Numbered from the stretch's first letter, positions 1 through 7,694 are shown. The stretch: DNA of 26,837 bases from a virus (IMGVR_UViG_3300020045_008457:1-26837); one strand, 5' to 3'. Program-made: numbers and translations. The notes: generated from the sequence alone by a model not told the origin.

Positions 1-1
1 C

Positions 2-286
2 TTCCTCGGCATCGAGGATCGGGCGGAGTGTATGCGGATATTTGCATACCAAGGCGAAACGCTGCGCGACGCCATCGCCTACGCTGAACACCTATGTAAT
101 AGCACCGGCCCGCTTAAATTAATGACCGGACATAAGGCGAAGGGCTTGGAGTTCGACCACGTGTTCTTCCTCGACCAGCAGTTAGTCGGTCCCGACGACC
201 AGGACCCTAACCTACGTTACGTAATCCAAACTCGTGCCAAGGACACACTCACGTATGTCTCGAGCGGGGACTTTGTGGGAGCTTAA
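2..286 (+). CDS. C-terminal part of a UvrD/Rep (SF1A) helicase, open at the 5' window edge
   Basis: Frame open from position 2 (FLGIEDRAECMRIF...); motif V-like MTGHKAKGLEFDHVFFLD and motif VI-like NLRYVIQTRAK. Confidence 0.85.
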   Translation, partial: FLGIEDRAECMRIFAYQGETLRDAIAYAEHLCNSTGPLKLMTGHKAKGLEFDHVFFLDQQLVGPDDQDPNLRYVIQTRAKDTLTYVSSGDFVGA

Positions 287-292
287 TATGAT

Positions 293-913
293 TTACGCCC
301 TGCTAATTTGTGCCACGCCGGTGAAGAGGGTGGGCATGAAGATCTGGTCGTTGTAGTCGCAGTTGCCTTTCCAGGCCTGGTCGATGCGCTCGCAGGTGGC
401 CCGACGCACGAGGTCGATTTGGAGTTCGTCAAGGCGCTGGTCAACGTGATCGAAGAACTCGTCGTCCATCAGCCGCTTCCCCTTCTCCCACTTGCCGGTT
501 GGGATATAGCCACACTGGGTTCCGAAGTCAATGACTTTCATGACCTCGGCGAATGAGTCGCCAAGCGAGCGGCGCTCCACAGCTGATAGATCACCAACCA
601 GTTTACTGAGGATTTCATAAGTCTTACTCGTGTTGATGACAAGGCGTCGGCCGCAGGCTTCGGACCAAGTGCGGTGGCCGAGGGAGTTAAGGGTCATGGC
701 CTGGACATTCTTGGGCATTCGTTCTTGCATCTCCACGGCGATCTTTTTGTTGAAGGCCAAACATAGGATTTGCGTGGTGGGCAGGGCCTCGGCGAGCATG
801 ACCAAGGTGCTGGTCTTAGCCGCACCGGCAAGGGCCTGAACGAGGATGTTGTCCTCGGTGTTAACAGCGGCGGCGATGATAGCGGCCTGTTCCTCCGTTG
901 GGGAAAATTCCAT
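293..913 (-). pseudogene. N-terminal part of a UvrD/Rep helicase, truncated before Walker B
   Basis: Q-motif PTEEQ, Walker A ALAGAAKTS, motif Ia LAFNKKIA, TLNSLG and DYNDQI; stops before any DExQD motif. Confidence 0.8.
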
Positions 914-1104
914 TACTTAAGCCTTTCGATTACGGGAATTTCAGCCACGTTGAGCATCTGCGCCACGAGCTTATTCACAGCGCGCATAACATTCCGCTTA
1001 CTCGCGTAGCCCTCGGCAGAGTCGGCCACGATTTCGTTGTTGGCAGCGCGGAGGCGCCAGCGCCAAAGAGACGCTGCGTCGCGATAGATTTGGAAGTGCA
1101 TCAT
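913..1104 (-). CDS. DUF1508/YegP-family protein
   Basis: FQIYRD..WRWRLRAANNEIVADSAEGY pattern typical of DUF1508. Confidence 0.8.
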   Translation of the reverse strand: MMHFQIYRDAASLWRWRLRAANNEIVADSAEGYASKRNVMRAVNKLVAQMLNVAEIPVIERLK

Positions 1105-1316
1105 TCATACTCCTCAATAAAGGTGTCTACTTCGATCTGCAGGTCGTTAAGTGTACGTGCGGTACAACGCTCGCCGTTATCGCGCCATTCACCGTCCTCC
1201 AAGTCTGCGTCGTAGTTGGGGCCGGTCCAGGTGTACCAACCGTATTCGAAATCGACTCGACCGCCGCGATAAAGGTAGCCTACTTCTGGTGTATCCTTTG
1301 TCATCTTATCCAGCAT
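1101..1316 (-). CDS. hypothetical acidic early protein
   Basis: ORF in the coupled leftward run; its stop overlaps the next start. Confidence 0.7.
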   Translation of the reverse strand: MLDKMTKDTPEVGYLYRGGRVDFEYGWYTWTGPNYDADLEDGEWRDNGERCTARTLNDLQIEVDTFIEEYE

Positions 1317-1530
1317 CAGGTTTACTCCGGCGGGTGCGTAGCGAGTTGCTTAGCGCCTGTGCGTTGTGGTAGATGTCGGCGGCGAGGGCGCGGGACTCTT
1401 CAGTCGTGGTGGCAGCTTTTATAATGTTGTCCATGTGGATCATCACGCTTTTAGCGTGGCCCAGGAATTGGTTGTGGTGCCACGCTTCACGCTGGGCGGG
1501 GGTCCAGGTGCGGCTAACTCTACGAACCAA
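1306..1530 (-). CDS. hypothetical protein
   Basis: TTG start preceded by AGGAGGT; coupled to neighbours. Confidence 0.7.
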   Translation of the reverse strand: MVRRVSRTWTPAQREAWHHNQFLGHAKSVMIHMDNIIKAATTTEESRALAADIYHNAQALSNSLRTRRSKPDAG

Positions 1531-1678
1531 GATAACCTCCTATGCTAATGGCGCCGACGAGGCCAATAAGGGCGATTAGGCCAATAACCCACGGCGACAC
1601 GACGCGCTCCTCAGTGTAAAGGGGAAGGCGCTGGTCGGAGTGGTGGGAATAGCTGCGGGTGCGGTAGGGGTCTTTCAC
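1520..1678 (-). CDS. 52-aa membrane protein (not in ORF track)
   Basis: GTG start overlaps the upstream TGA, AAGGAG upstream; MKDPYRTRS...WVIGLIALIGLVGAISIGGYLGS with a C-terminal hydrophobic segment; fills the gap. Confidence 0.7.
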   Translation of the reverse strand: MKDPYRTRSYSHHSDQRLPLYTEERVVSPWVIGLIALIGLVGAISIGGYLGS

Positions 1679-1860
1679 CACATATCTCCTTTAGGTTCAA
1701 CGGCTTCGGGGAGTTGCTCGGGTTTCATATACGGGTCACAGTTACAGTCTTGCCAATCGTTATGGCCGAAGCTGCCGTCGCGATAATATCCATGACCGTG
1801 ACGGCGGAGGTAAAAGCCCTGGCCTTTACAGCGCGGGCAATCGGGATGGTGTTGGTTCAC
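1675..1860 (-). CDS. small Cys-rich, probably zinc-binding protein
   Basis: CPRCKGQG ... CNC motif. Confidence 0.65.
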   Translation of the reverse strand: MNQHHPDCPRCKGQGFYLRRHGHGYYRDGSFGHNDWQDCNCDPYMKPEQLPEAVEPKGDMW

Positions 1861-2210
1861 AACTCCTCTCCTATTCCAAGGGACCGGGCGAACTTGGCTG
1901 CGGCGTCGTCGAGGTCATCGGCAGCGGATGTGGGTTGCGTTGCTGGCCCAGCTGGTGTGAACGTCCCCGTTGCCTGTTTAATCTTGATGACCACGAGGGA
2001 ACTTCCTGGGGCTAAGCGCGGGAAAGTGAGGGCGTCGTACTTGCTAAACCCATTCACCTCGGCAAACGCCTTCATGAATTTGTAGCAGCGGTGGCGCCAG
2101 TTAACGGCCTGGCCGGGCGTGGCGAGTTCGTAGGTGCCGCCCCCGCAGGATAGGGCTGCGTCGAGGATGGGGATGAGGTCGGCGAAGGTGCCGAGGCGGT
2201 CTTTGCTCAT
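1857..2210 (-). CDS. hypothetical protein (ends SLGIGEEL)
   Basis: ATG at 2210 in an ATGA overlap with GGGGGAG upstream. Confidence 0.75.
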   Translation of the reverse strand: MSKDRLGTFADLIPILDAALSCGGGTYELATPGQAVNWRHRCYKFMKAFAEVNGFSKYDALTFPRLAPGSSLVVIKIKQATGTFTPAGPATQPTSAADDLDDAAAKFARSLGIGEEL

Positions 2211-2356
2211 GAGAACCACTCCCCCACAGCCACTGAAGCGATACTAGTGGGTAAACCTACCATGACGGCTCCGAGAATAGTTAGGTCTGGAGTTTGGCAA
2301 CAGTACACAGCAGCCATGGCCCAAAGCGTACCCAGAATGACATAGAATAGTCGCAT
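2207..2356 (-). CDS. small two-helix membrane protein
   Basis: AAGGAG then ATG at 2356; MRLFYVILGTLWAMAAV...LTILGAVMVGL. Confidence 0.65.
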   Translation of the reverse strand: MRLFYVILGTLWAMAAVYCCQTPDLTILGAVMVGLPTSIASVAVGEWFS

Positions 2357-2366
2357 AGTGAACTCC

Positions 2367-2696
2367 TTAAAACATCCTGCAGATTGAAAAGTCGCCGTTG
2401 AGTTGCACGATGACAACAAAGCCGGCGGGGTAGATCATTATCTTCTCGCCTCGCAACCACGCGAACGCCACCGGCATGACGGGTGGGAGGTTTGGGTAGA
2501 GTAGCGCGTCGTCCGCCATTAGCTTCCAGCCGTGGGTGGAGTCTTGCGGCTCCCAAAAATGGTTGTCGTGGAACTGCTGCCAGGCGACGTCATCGGAGGC
2601 AGCGGTGACTAACGCAGGGACTGGGCCGAGGAGGGAAATGGCGTTGGGGTAGTTGTCGTTTAGGCGCCAGTCGAGGATGGGGTCGGAGTCTTTCAC
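2367..2696 (-). CDS. hypothetical protein
   Basis: 109-aa ORF with GTGA coupling and AAGGAG upstream. Confidence 0.75.
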   Translation of the reverse strand: MKDSDPILDWRLNDNYPNAISLLGPVPALVTAASDDVAWQQFHDNHFWEPQDSTHGWKLMADDALLYPNLPPVMPVAFAWLRGEKIMIYPAGFVVIVQLNGDFSICRMF

Positions 2697-2881
2697 AGGT
2701 CCTGCTCCTTCCGTAGTTGGCGCTTGAAGTCGGCCGCGTCAGCTAACTCGTCCGCAATGGTTTCGTTAGCGTACTCCACCGCGCGATCTTCGCGTTGCTG
2801 TTCCGTCCATTCAGGACGCAGCTCTTCCATTTCATCAAGCGCCTCTTGGTAGAGGTTAATCCAGCGGGCTGAACGGCTCAT
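2693..2881 (-). CDS. hypothetical acidic helical protein
   Basis: 62-aa coupled ORF rich in D/E. Confidence 0.7.
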   Translation of the reverse strand: MSRSARWINLYQEALDEMEELRPEWTEQQREDRAVEYANETIADELADAADFKRQLRKEQDL

Positions 2882-3135
2882 AGGTCTATCTCCAAACTAT
2901 TAACGTCGATGCCGAGTTTGTTTATGGCGGGTTCCTTCGGCGCGAGGCGGTAGGGTTCTACCGGCGGGCGGGTGGCATAGGCGGCTTGTATCTCCGTGGC
3001 TTCGCCAATCCAAAACGGGTTGGACTTGCCGCCGAGGGAATACATGGCGAAGTTACCGGATTTAAGCTGGCGCAAGCACACCGTGCCACTACGCTCGAAG
3101 CGGAGGTTGCCGGCTTCGGACTCGTCGTCGGTCAA
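2878..3135 (-). CDS. hypothetical protein (ends LGIDVNSLEIDL)
   Basis: 85-aa coupled ORF, AGGAGG upstream of a TTG start. Confidence 0.75.
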   Translation of the reverse strand: MTDDESEAGNLRFERSGTVCLRQLKSGNFAMYSLGGKSNPFWIGEATEIQAAYATRPPVEPYRLAPKEPAINKLGIDVNSLEIDL

Positions 3136-3710
3136 CGCCCGGCCTCCTGCTTGCGAGCCACGCCCCGAACAATCGCAACGGTCGTGCCATGCTTGGTTGC
3201 CGTTTTCCGCAAGCTCATCCCGTCGCGCAGATCCTTCGCTATGGCTTCACGCGACGCCACATCACTGCGAGGCTCGATAAATTCGATTGCCGCCCTGACC
3301 CGATCGATTGTGGCGCGCAGCTTCTCAACTTCATCCCCACGGTCGGCGGGGTGAAGGGCGGAGAGGACGTGACGGGCATCATCGTGATAGACTTGCCAGC
3401 ACTCTTCCCAAGGCTCCATACCGACGCTGACGGTCTTCCCTTTCGCTACCGAGAGGATTGCGTCGCAGCGATCGGAGCGCTCTTTCTCGCAGGCGTAAAG
3501 CACACGCGCCACCCGATCCACGTCTCCCGCTGAGGGTTGGGATTGGAGGCGGTGGCGGGCGAAGGCTTGCACGAGAGGATCGCTGTCCATAGCGCCTGCA
3601 CGAACGAGCGTGCCCCATCGCTCATTGTGAGGCGAACTGCTGGCCGCAGCATCGCGATCAGCCTGGATCACCGACATCAGTTCCGCTGCAAGGGGGTTGT
3701 CCTCGCTCAT
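3132..3710 (-). CDS. mosaic hypothetical protein with a possible C-terminal helix-turn-helix
   Basis: C-terminus DGMSLRKTATKHGTTVAIVRGV resembles an HTH. Confidence 0.7.
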   Translation of the reverse strand: MSEDNPLAAELMSVIQADRDAAASSSPHNERWGTLVRAGAMDSDPLVQAFARHRLQSQPSAGDVDRVARVLYACEKERSDRCDAILSVAKGKTVSVGMEPWEECWQVYHDDARHVLSALHPADRGDEVEKLRATIDRVRAAIEFIEPRSDVASREAIAKDLRDGMSLRKTATKHGTTVAIVRGVARKQEAGR

Positions 3711-3856
3711 AGCTTTGTCCCTTCACTCTCAGGAGGATTGGTCAAATGGCCCCTGACTGCGAGAGCCAGGCCGAGCGCAGTGCTGCCTGCCAACAGCGTG
3801 CGGCTGATGCGCAATCTACGGCGCTTCCGGGCGGCTATGTCATGGGGTTTGTTCAT
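3707..3856 (-). CDS. small basic protein with one hydrophobic segment
   Basis: ATG at 3856 after AGGAG; RKRRRLR followed by LLAGSTALGLALAV. Confidence 0.55.
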   Translation of the reverse strand: MNKPHDIAARKRRRLRISRTLLAGSTALGLALAVRGHLTNPPESEGTKL

Positions 3857-4031
3857 CTTCGTTCTCCTGTTCTTCGAGGTACTTGGCAAAGCACCAGAGG
3901 TCTTTGTAAAGGGCGGGTTGGCGCGCGGCTTCGTAGATTAGTACCTCGCGTTGGCGTTCGGCGTAGGCGCTGTAGTGGACGCAGTAGTCGATCGCCTTGG
4001 AAAGGTAGCTGAAGTGGGGGAGGACTTTCAT
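3840..4031 (-). CDS. hypothetical protein
   Basis: ATG at 4031 in an ATGA overlap (MKVLPHFSYL...). Confidence 0.6.
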   Translation of the reverse strand: MKVLPHFSYLSKAIDYCVHYSAYAERQREVLIYEAARQPALYKDLWCFAKYLEEQENEDEQTP

Positions 4032-4213
4032 ACCACTTTCCAGTTCGAGCCTTTGTTGGCGACAATAGCGTGTGCCGCCTCCTTGGTTAAATTCCCGTGC
4101 TCCAAAATCCATTCAGGGAAGAGCTTTGGGTAGATAAGGCGTTCAACCTCAACGCCAAAGCGGTAATCGTCATGAGGGGAGGTTACGTCCTCCACGATGC
4201 GGAGCGCGCTCAC
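4028..4213 (-). CDS. hypothetical protein
   Basis: GTGA-coupled 61-aa ORF. Confidence 0.6.
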   Translation of the reverse strand: MSALRIVEDVTSPHDDYRFGVEVERLIYPKLFPEWILEHGNLTKEAAHAIVANKGSNWKVV

Positions 4214-4389
4214 AGCCCATTCCTTTCAATCTTAGCGCAGGTGGGGAAGTGGTCCTCCTCATTAGCGTAGAGGGGGCCACCAGCGCCGGCACAGCCGTAG
4301 CCAATGAGGCGAGGAGTATAACTCCAGGCAATGAAAAACCCGACTGCGTAGGTGATGGCTACGATGATTATGATGGTTGAGGTTCTCAC
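4210..4389 (-). CDS. 59-aa membrane-anchored protein (not in ORF track)
   Basis: GTGA overlaps at both ends; MRTSTIIIIVAITYAVGFFIAWSY...GC...TC... Confidence 0.7.
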   Translation of the reverse strand: MRTSTIIIIVAITYAVGFFIAWSYTPRLIGYGCAGAGGPLYANEEDHFPTCAKIERNGL

Positions 4390-4709
4390 AGCTCAATCTC
4401 CAATTCCGCCACCGAAATCCCAAGTTCCGCTTCCAGTCTCGCTTGGCGTTCCACGCGCGCAGCTTCCATGAACTCAGCTTGGTCGGCCAAGACCCGCTCA
4501 CGCTCTGCTGCCTTTCGCATCCAAGCGTCCGCGATGGCCTGAGTTGGGTAGGCGCCGATGTAGCCGCGCTGGTCCTTCACGCTGTGCTCGGCGTCGTAGA
4601 GGATTTTGTAGAGGAACTCCGAAGCATGAGGCGTGTTGGGGATTGTGATAGTGCGGCCAGAAGGGAGGGTTAGGGCGAAGGCGCCGGAGGGGGCGAGGGT
4701 GATGTTCAT
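4386..4709 (-). CDS. hypothetical protein (ends LGISVAELEIEL)
   Basis: ATG at 4709 after AACGGAGAA; the longer start in the track overlaps the HTH gene. Confidence 0.8.
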   Translation of the reverse strand: MNITLAPSGAFALTLPSGRTITIPNTPHASEFLYKILYDAEHSVKDQRGYIGAYPTQAIADAWMRKAAERERVLADQAEFMEAARVERQARLEAELGISVAELEIEL

Positions 4710-4975
4710 CGTGTTTCTCCGTTTAGTGCTGTTGCTATAGTATGGATACGGTCGATGGTAAAGGCGCCCGGTGAGCCTTCCCCAAACGCAAGCCATGATG
4801 GACTGACGTTGAGGGTTTTAGCCAGCTGCGCCACCATACGAATAGTGGGGTTGCGCTGGTCGCCTGAGCGTAGGCGGCGTAGGGAGGCGGGGTCGATCCG
4901 GGACTGGGTTGCTATCCAAACTAGCTTATCGCTGGATATGTCAATCGCGTGGTTGAGGCGGTCAGCGAATGTCAT
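4706..4975 (-). CDS. XRE/Cro-C1 family HTH regulator
   Basis: TFADRL...IDPASLRRLRSGDQRNPTIRMVAQLAKTLNVSPSWLAFGEG is a typical HTH_3 pattern. Confidence 0.85.
   Translation of the reverse strand: MTFADRLNHAIDISSDKLVWIATQSRIDPASLRRLRSGDQRNPTIRMVAQLAKTLNVSPSWLAFGEGSPGAFTIDRIHTIATALNGETR
4734..4762 (-). promoter_or_regulatory. candidate sigma70-type early promoter inside the 3' end of the HTH gene
   Basis: TTTACC-N17-TATAGC; same CCTTTACC -35 as the promoter at 7287-7315. Confidence 0.55.
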
Positions 4976-5181
4976 GGTTCACTCCGTTGAATAAACTTAT
5001 CACAACTATTCCCCGCGCGGACCCAATTTCCAGGCATGGAGTGCGCTAGGGTGGATTTAAGAAAGAGGCCGCCGATGGCGCAAAGGCCCGACCAGCGACC
5101 GGGGGCGGAGTAGTGGGCGCAAGCGCCACACCGATTAGATAAATCGGACGGAAACACTGTTGGGGCTGTACATGCCTTCAC
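4972..5181 (-). CDS. small Cys-rich protein
   Basis: GTGA-coupled start at 5181; CGACAHY...C...CDKF. Confidence 0.65.
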   Translation of the reverse strand: MKACTAPTVFPSDLSNRCGACAHYSAPGRWSGLCAIGGLFLKSTLAHSMPGNWVRAGNSCDKFIQRSEP

Positions 5182-5420
5182 TGCACTTCGTCCTCTTGTG
5201 CGCTGGCCCCTGCCACGCAGTGCCAAAAGTGGTCAGCGGGAGAGAGATCGTAGCGTTGGCCGAAACCTATCCCCAACCCAATACCAAACTCCTCAAAACA
5301 GGGCTGGCACATGTTGGCCCAGCCGCGCTGGGTTTTGGCGTCATACATTACTCCGTTGTAGTCGCCGTCGCAAAGCTGGCACTGGTCCAGCGGGGAAGTC
5401 CACACAGTGTTTTCCATCAC
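5178..5420 (-). CDS. zinc-finger-like hypothetical protein
   Basis: CQLC ... MCQPC; AGGAG upstream. Confidence 0.75.
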   Translation of the reverse strand: MMENTVWTSPLDQCQLCDGDYNGVMYDAKTQRGWANMCQPCFEEFGIGLGIGFGQRYDLSPADHFWHCVAGASAQEDEVQ

Positions 5421-5656
5421 CACGAACTCCTATACTGATGGCGGGGCGCGGGTGCAAGCACCTCGATTTCCCTTCCGCCGCTGGCCACGAAGTCCAGCGC
5501 ATCGGCAAAGCTAGGCCAGCGATGAACGCCGGTTACAGTGAGGGTCACGTAGCACGGCTCCCGCTCCGTGGGGAAATAAACCGTGCCGAGGGCGTTAACC
5601 ACGCCGCTGCCAAGGCAAAGGGGGATGAAGCGCTCAGCGATTGGGAGGTTAGTCAT
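5417..5656 (-). CDS. hypothetical protein
   Basis: ATG at 5656 after GGAGAAG. Confidence 0.6.
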   Translation of the reverse strand: MTNLPIAERFIPLCLGSGVVNALGTVYFPTEREPCYVTLTVTGVHRWPSFADALDFVASGGREIEVLAPAPRHQYRSSW

Positions 5657-5921
5657 TGTTCTTCTCCATTCGCTGGAGCATTTCCTTCTTGGTTGCATCG
5701 CGAACCCGCTCCCACATTATATTTAGTGCGGGGGAGTTGAATAGGTTACAGCCAGGAATTTGCTCCCAATAGGTGAATAGTTCCTCTGCACTCCAAGTGC
5801 AAAGATTGCGAAGGAGTTGCTCCCACGCCGCTTCCATTTGCGCTGCAGTTTCATCATCGTCCTTACGGCGTTGGGCACTTTGATGGACTAGGACGTTGCT
5901 CCAACCTTCAAGATCGTTCAT
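5649..5921 (-). CDS. hypothetical protein
   Basis: 90-aa ORF after AACGGAG. Confidence 0.7.
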   Translation of the reverse strand: MNDLEGWSNVLVHQSAQRRKDDDETAAQMEAAWEQLLRNLCTWSAEELFTYWEQIPGCNLFNSPALNIMWERVRDATKKEMLQRMEKNND

Positions 5922-6030
5922 AGTTTTGGCTCCGTTGATGATTTAGGCTGGGGACTCCACCAGTGCCGCTACGCGGCTTGGCCTTATCTATAGCGGCGCA
6001 ACGTGGATTGCTGCGCCGCTAGGGTTAGGG

Positions 6031-6126
6031 TCAAAGGGGAACGTGGCCGGTGAAGTTCATCACTACGGCAGCGCCAGTAAGCATGATGTAAACGGCATAC
6101 CATCCTGCGGTTTCAAACTTGGTCAT
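6031..6126 (-). CDS. 31-aa single-pass membrane peptide (not in ORF track)
   Basis: AAGGAG RBS; MTKFETAGWYAVYIMLTGAAVVMNFTGHVPL. Confidence 0.65.
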   Translation of the reverse strand: MTKFETAGWYAVYIMLTGAAVVMNFTGHVPL

Positions 6127-6174
6127 TGGTTAGCTCCTTGGTTAAGTGAAAGGGGGCTGGGCATTTACATGCCT

Positions 6175-6339
6175 TCACAGCATGGCCGCTCGCCAGCACT
6201 GACGATCGCCCCATCGCCCTAGGCAAATCTCTTGCCAATCGCCAGTGCTATCCTCCTCATCCAATTCCTCATCGTCCAGGATGAGATGGGCGTTGGGATC
6301 GCAGTCCCAGCCTTCGCTATACTCGTTGTCATAGTCCAT
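6175..6339 (-). CDS. 54-aa highly acidic protein (not in ORF track)
   Basis: MDYDNEYSEGWDCDPNAHLILDDEELDEEDSTGDWQEICLGRWGDRQCWRAAML; AAGGGGG upstream. Confidence 0.6.
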   Translation of the reverse strand: MDYDNEYSEGWDCDPNAHLILDDEELDEEDSTGDWQEICLGRWGDRQCWRAAML

Positions 6340-6475
6340 AGCCAACCCCCTTCAAAAGCGCCTTGGCCGCTTCAGCGTTGGGCAGTGCATAAGGGCCATG
6401 AAACGCTATGGTGCCAAGGATGGCCGCGCTAAGCAACACTTGCCCCCACTTGCGCTCAATCGTGATCTTGTTCAT
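6329..6475 (-). CDS. 48-aa hypothetical protein (not in ORF track)
   Basis: AACGGAGAA RBS; MNKITIERKWGQVLLSAAILGTIAFHGPYALPNAEAAKALLKGVGYGL. Confidence 0.7.
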   Translation of the reverse strand: MNKITIERKWGQVLLSAAILGTIAFHGPYALPNAEAAKALLKGVGYGL

Positions 6476-6501
6476 CTTGGTTTCTCCGTTGGGTAAATTG
6501 G

Positions 6502-6675
6502 TTAGTCGCGAGGGCGCGGGGCTTCCTTAGCTTCAAATTGCGCCGTTGAAAATAAGTACTCATAATCAGCGCTTAGGTCATGCGCCTTTGCAAAGGCTAC
6601 TGCATCCTCTTCGTTCGCGAAAGGCCCAAGATTGCAGGTTTCGTCATTATAATCTGTGTAGGTAATGATAATCAT
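6502..6675 (-). CDS. 57-aa hypothetical protein
   Basis: ATG at 6675 after AACGGAGAA; contains LGPFANEEDAVAFA. Confidence 0.7.
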   Translation of the reverse strand: MIIITYTDYNDETCNLGPFANEEDAVAFAKAHDLSADYEYLFSTAQFEAKEAPRPRD

Positions 6676-6747
6676 AACCGTTCTCCGTTGATGATGCCAT
6701 TGCATCTATGAGGGCGCGAAAGCGTTCACGCACTCAGGGGCGCAATG

Positions 6748-6984
6748 TTAAGGGCGGTGAATTTCAGCCAATTCCTCCTCGGTGAAAAGCCTAGGCCTCA
6801 TTCCCTTGATTGAGTAGCCGAGGTAATTCGGCTGGACGTTGCGAAGGGACCGCGCCTGCGCCTGCGCCTTGCGGTGAATAGTGGGGAGCGTGTTGCGAAG
6901 GCTTGCTGGCACAACGCTGTCGCTTCCCAACGCGATATCAAGCTGGCCATTAGTAAGTGGGCTGATAAACCGAATGTCATTCAT
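6748..6984 (-). CDS. hypothetical protein
   Basis: AACGGAGAA RBS, ATGA overlap. Confidence 0.65.
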   Translation of the reverse strand: MNDIRFISPLTNGQLDIALGSDSVVPASLRNTLPTIHRKAQAQARSLRNVQPNYLGYSIKGMRPRLFTEEELAEIHRP

Positions 6985-7265
6985 GGCAGTTTCTCCGTTG
7001 CGTATTCATCATAATCCTTATTCATCCACCAGCACTTATCGCCCGCGTCATAGAGCAGCGCGCCCTTGTCCACGAAGTAGTCTAGGGCCTTGTGCGTAAC
7101 CTTGGTTAGCAGGTGGGATGAAATTGGGTGGCCTAGGTCAACAAAGGTTTCCAACGTGCTCTTGCGAAAGCGAAGGAAGGTGGAGTAGCCAACGCGGTCC
7201 CGTTCCCAACCTTGGAATAGGTAGCCGTATAGTTCCGCGTCTGAGTAGTTGGGCAAGCCGCGCAT
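6981..7265 (-). CDS. hypothetical protein, first gene after the 7315 promoter
   Basis: GGAGGT RBS; 94-aa ORF. Confidence 0.75.
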   Translation of the reverse strand: MRGLPNYSDAELYGYLFQGWERDRVGYSTFLRFRKSTLETFVDLGHPISSHLLTKVTHKALDYFVDKGALLYDAGDKCWWMNKDYDEYATEKLP

Positions 7266-7286
7266 TTAAACCTCCATTGTGGTTGC

Positions 7287-7315
7287 ACCATAGCACAAAC
7301 CGGCGGGCGGGTAAA
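7287..7315 (-). promoter_or_regulatory. candidate sigma70-type early promoter
   Basis: TTTACC-N17-TATGGT with an extended -10 TG, 21 nt upstream of the ATG. Confidence 0.65.
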
Positions 7316-7383
7316 GGGCCGTGGTCAGGTGCCAACCATACTTGCGTGTCTGGGTTTATCTAGGGGCCCAATCCCATTTGCGC

Positions 7384-7694
7384 TGCATAAGTCTGGGGTA
7401 GGTCTGGGGGCAGCGAAAACGGGGTTTACCCCCACCATTATCTGCCCCGTAGTGGGTATGAGCCATACCCCCACCTCATCCCCCCTACCCTTCATTTTCG
7501 CTCCTGAAATTTCTAAAAAAAAAAATCTGTTAAAAACTCAAAAAAGAACCAAGAACGTGAGGGGGGAGCCATACTAGGGCACAATGCCCTAAGCCATACC
7601 AAAGCTGGGAGCCATACGGGAACGCCAACGGGGAATATAGTGGTGGGGTAAATCGGCGGTTGCGCTGCCTGCAGGCGTCCCCCAGACTTATTCA
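7384..7694. repeat. 67-bp imperfect inverted repeat (7384-7450 / 7628-7694) around an A-rich core; candidate replication origin
   Basis: Hand alignment gives 51/67 ungapped matches, including perfect ATAAGTCTGGGG/CCCCAGACTTAT; core has A11 at 7515-7525 and four AGCCATAC copies. Confidence 0.8.

Noticed and set aside
7460-7617. Mini CRISPR array from the AGCCATAC repeats
   Set aside because: Repeats are only 8-9 nt, irregularly spaced, and no cas genes are present.
7384-7694. MITE or invertible segment
   Set aside because: The arms are too diverged, no target-site duplication is evident and no recombinase or transposase is visible.
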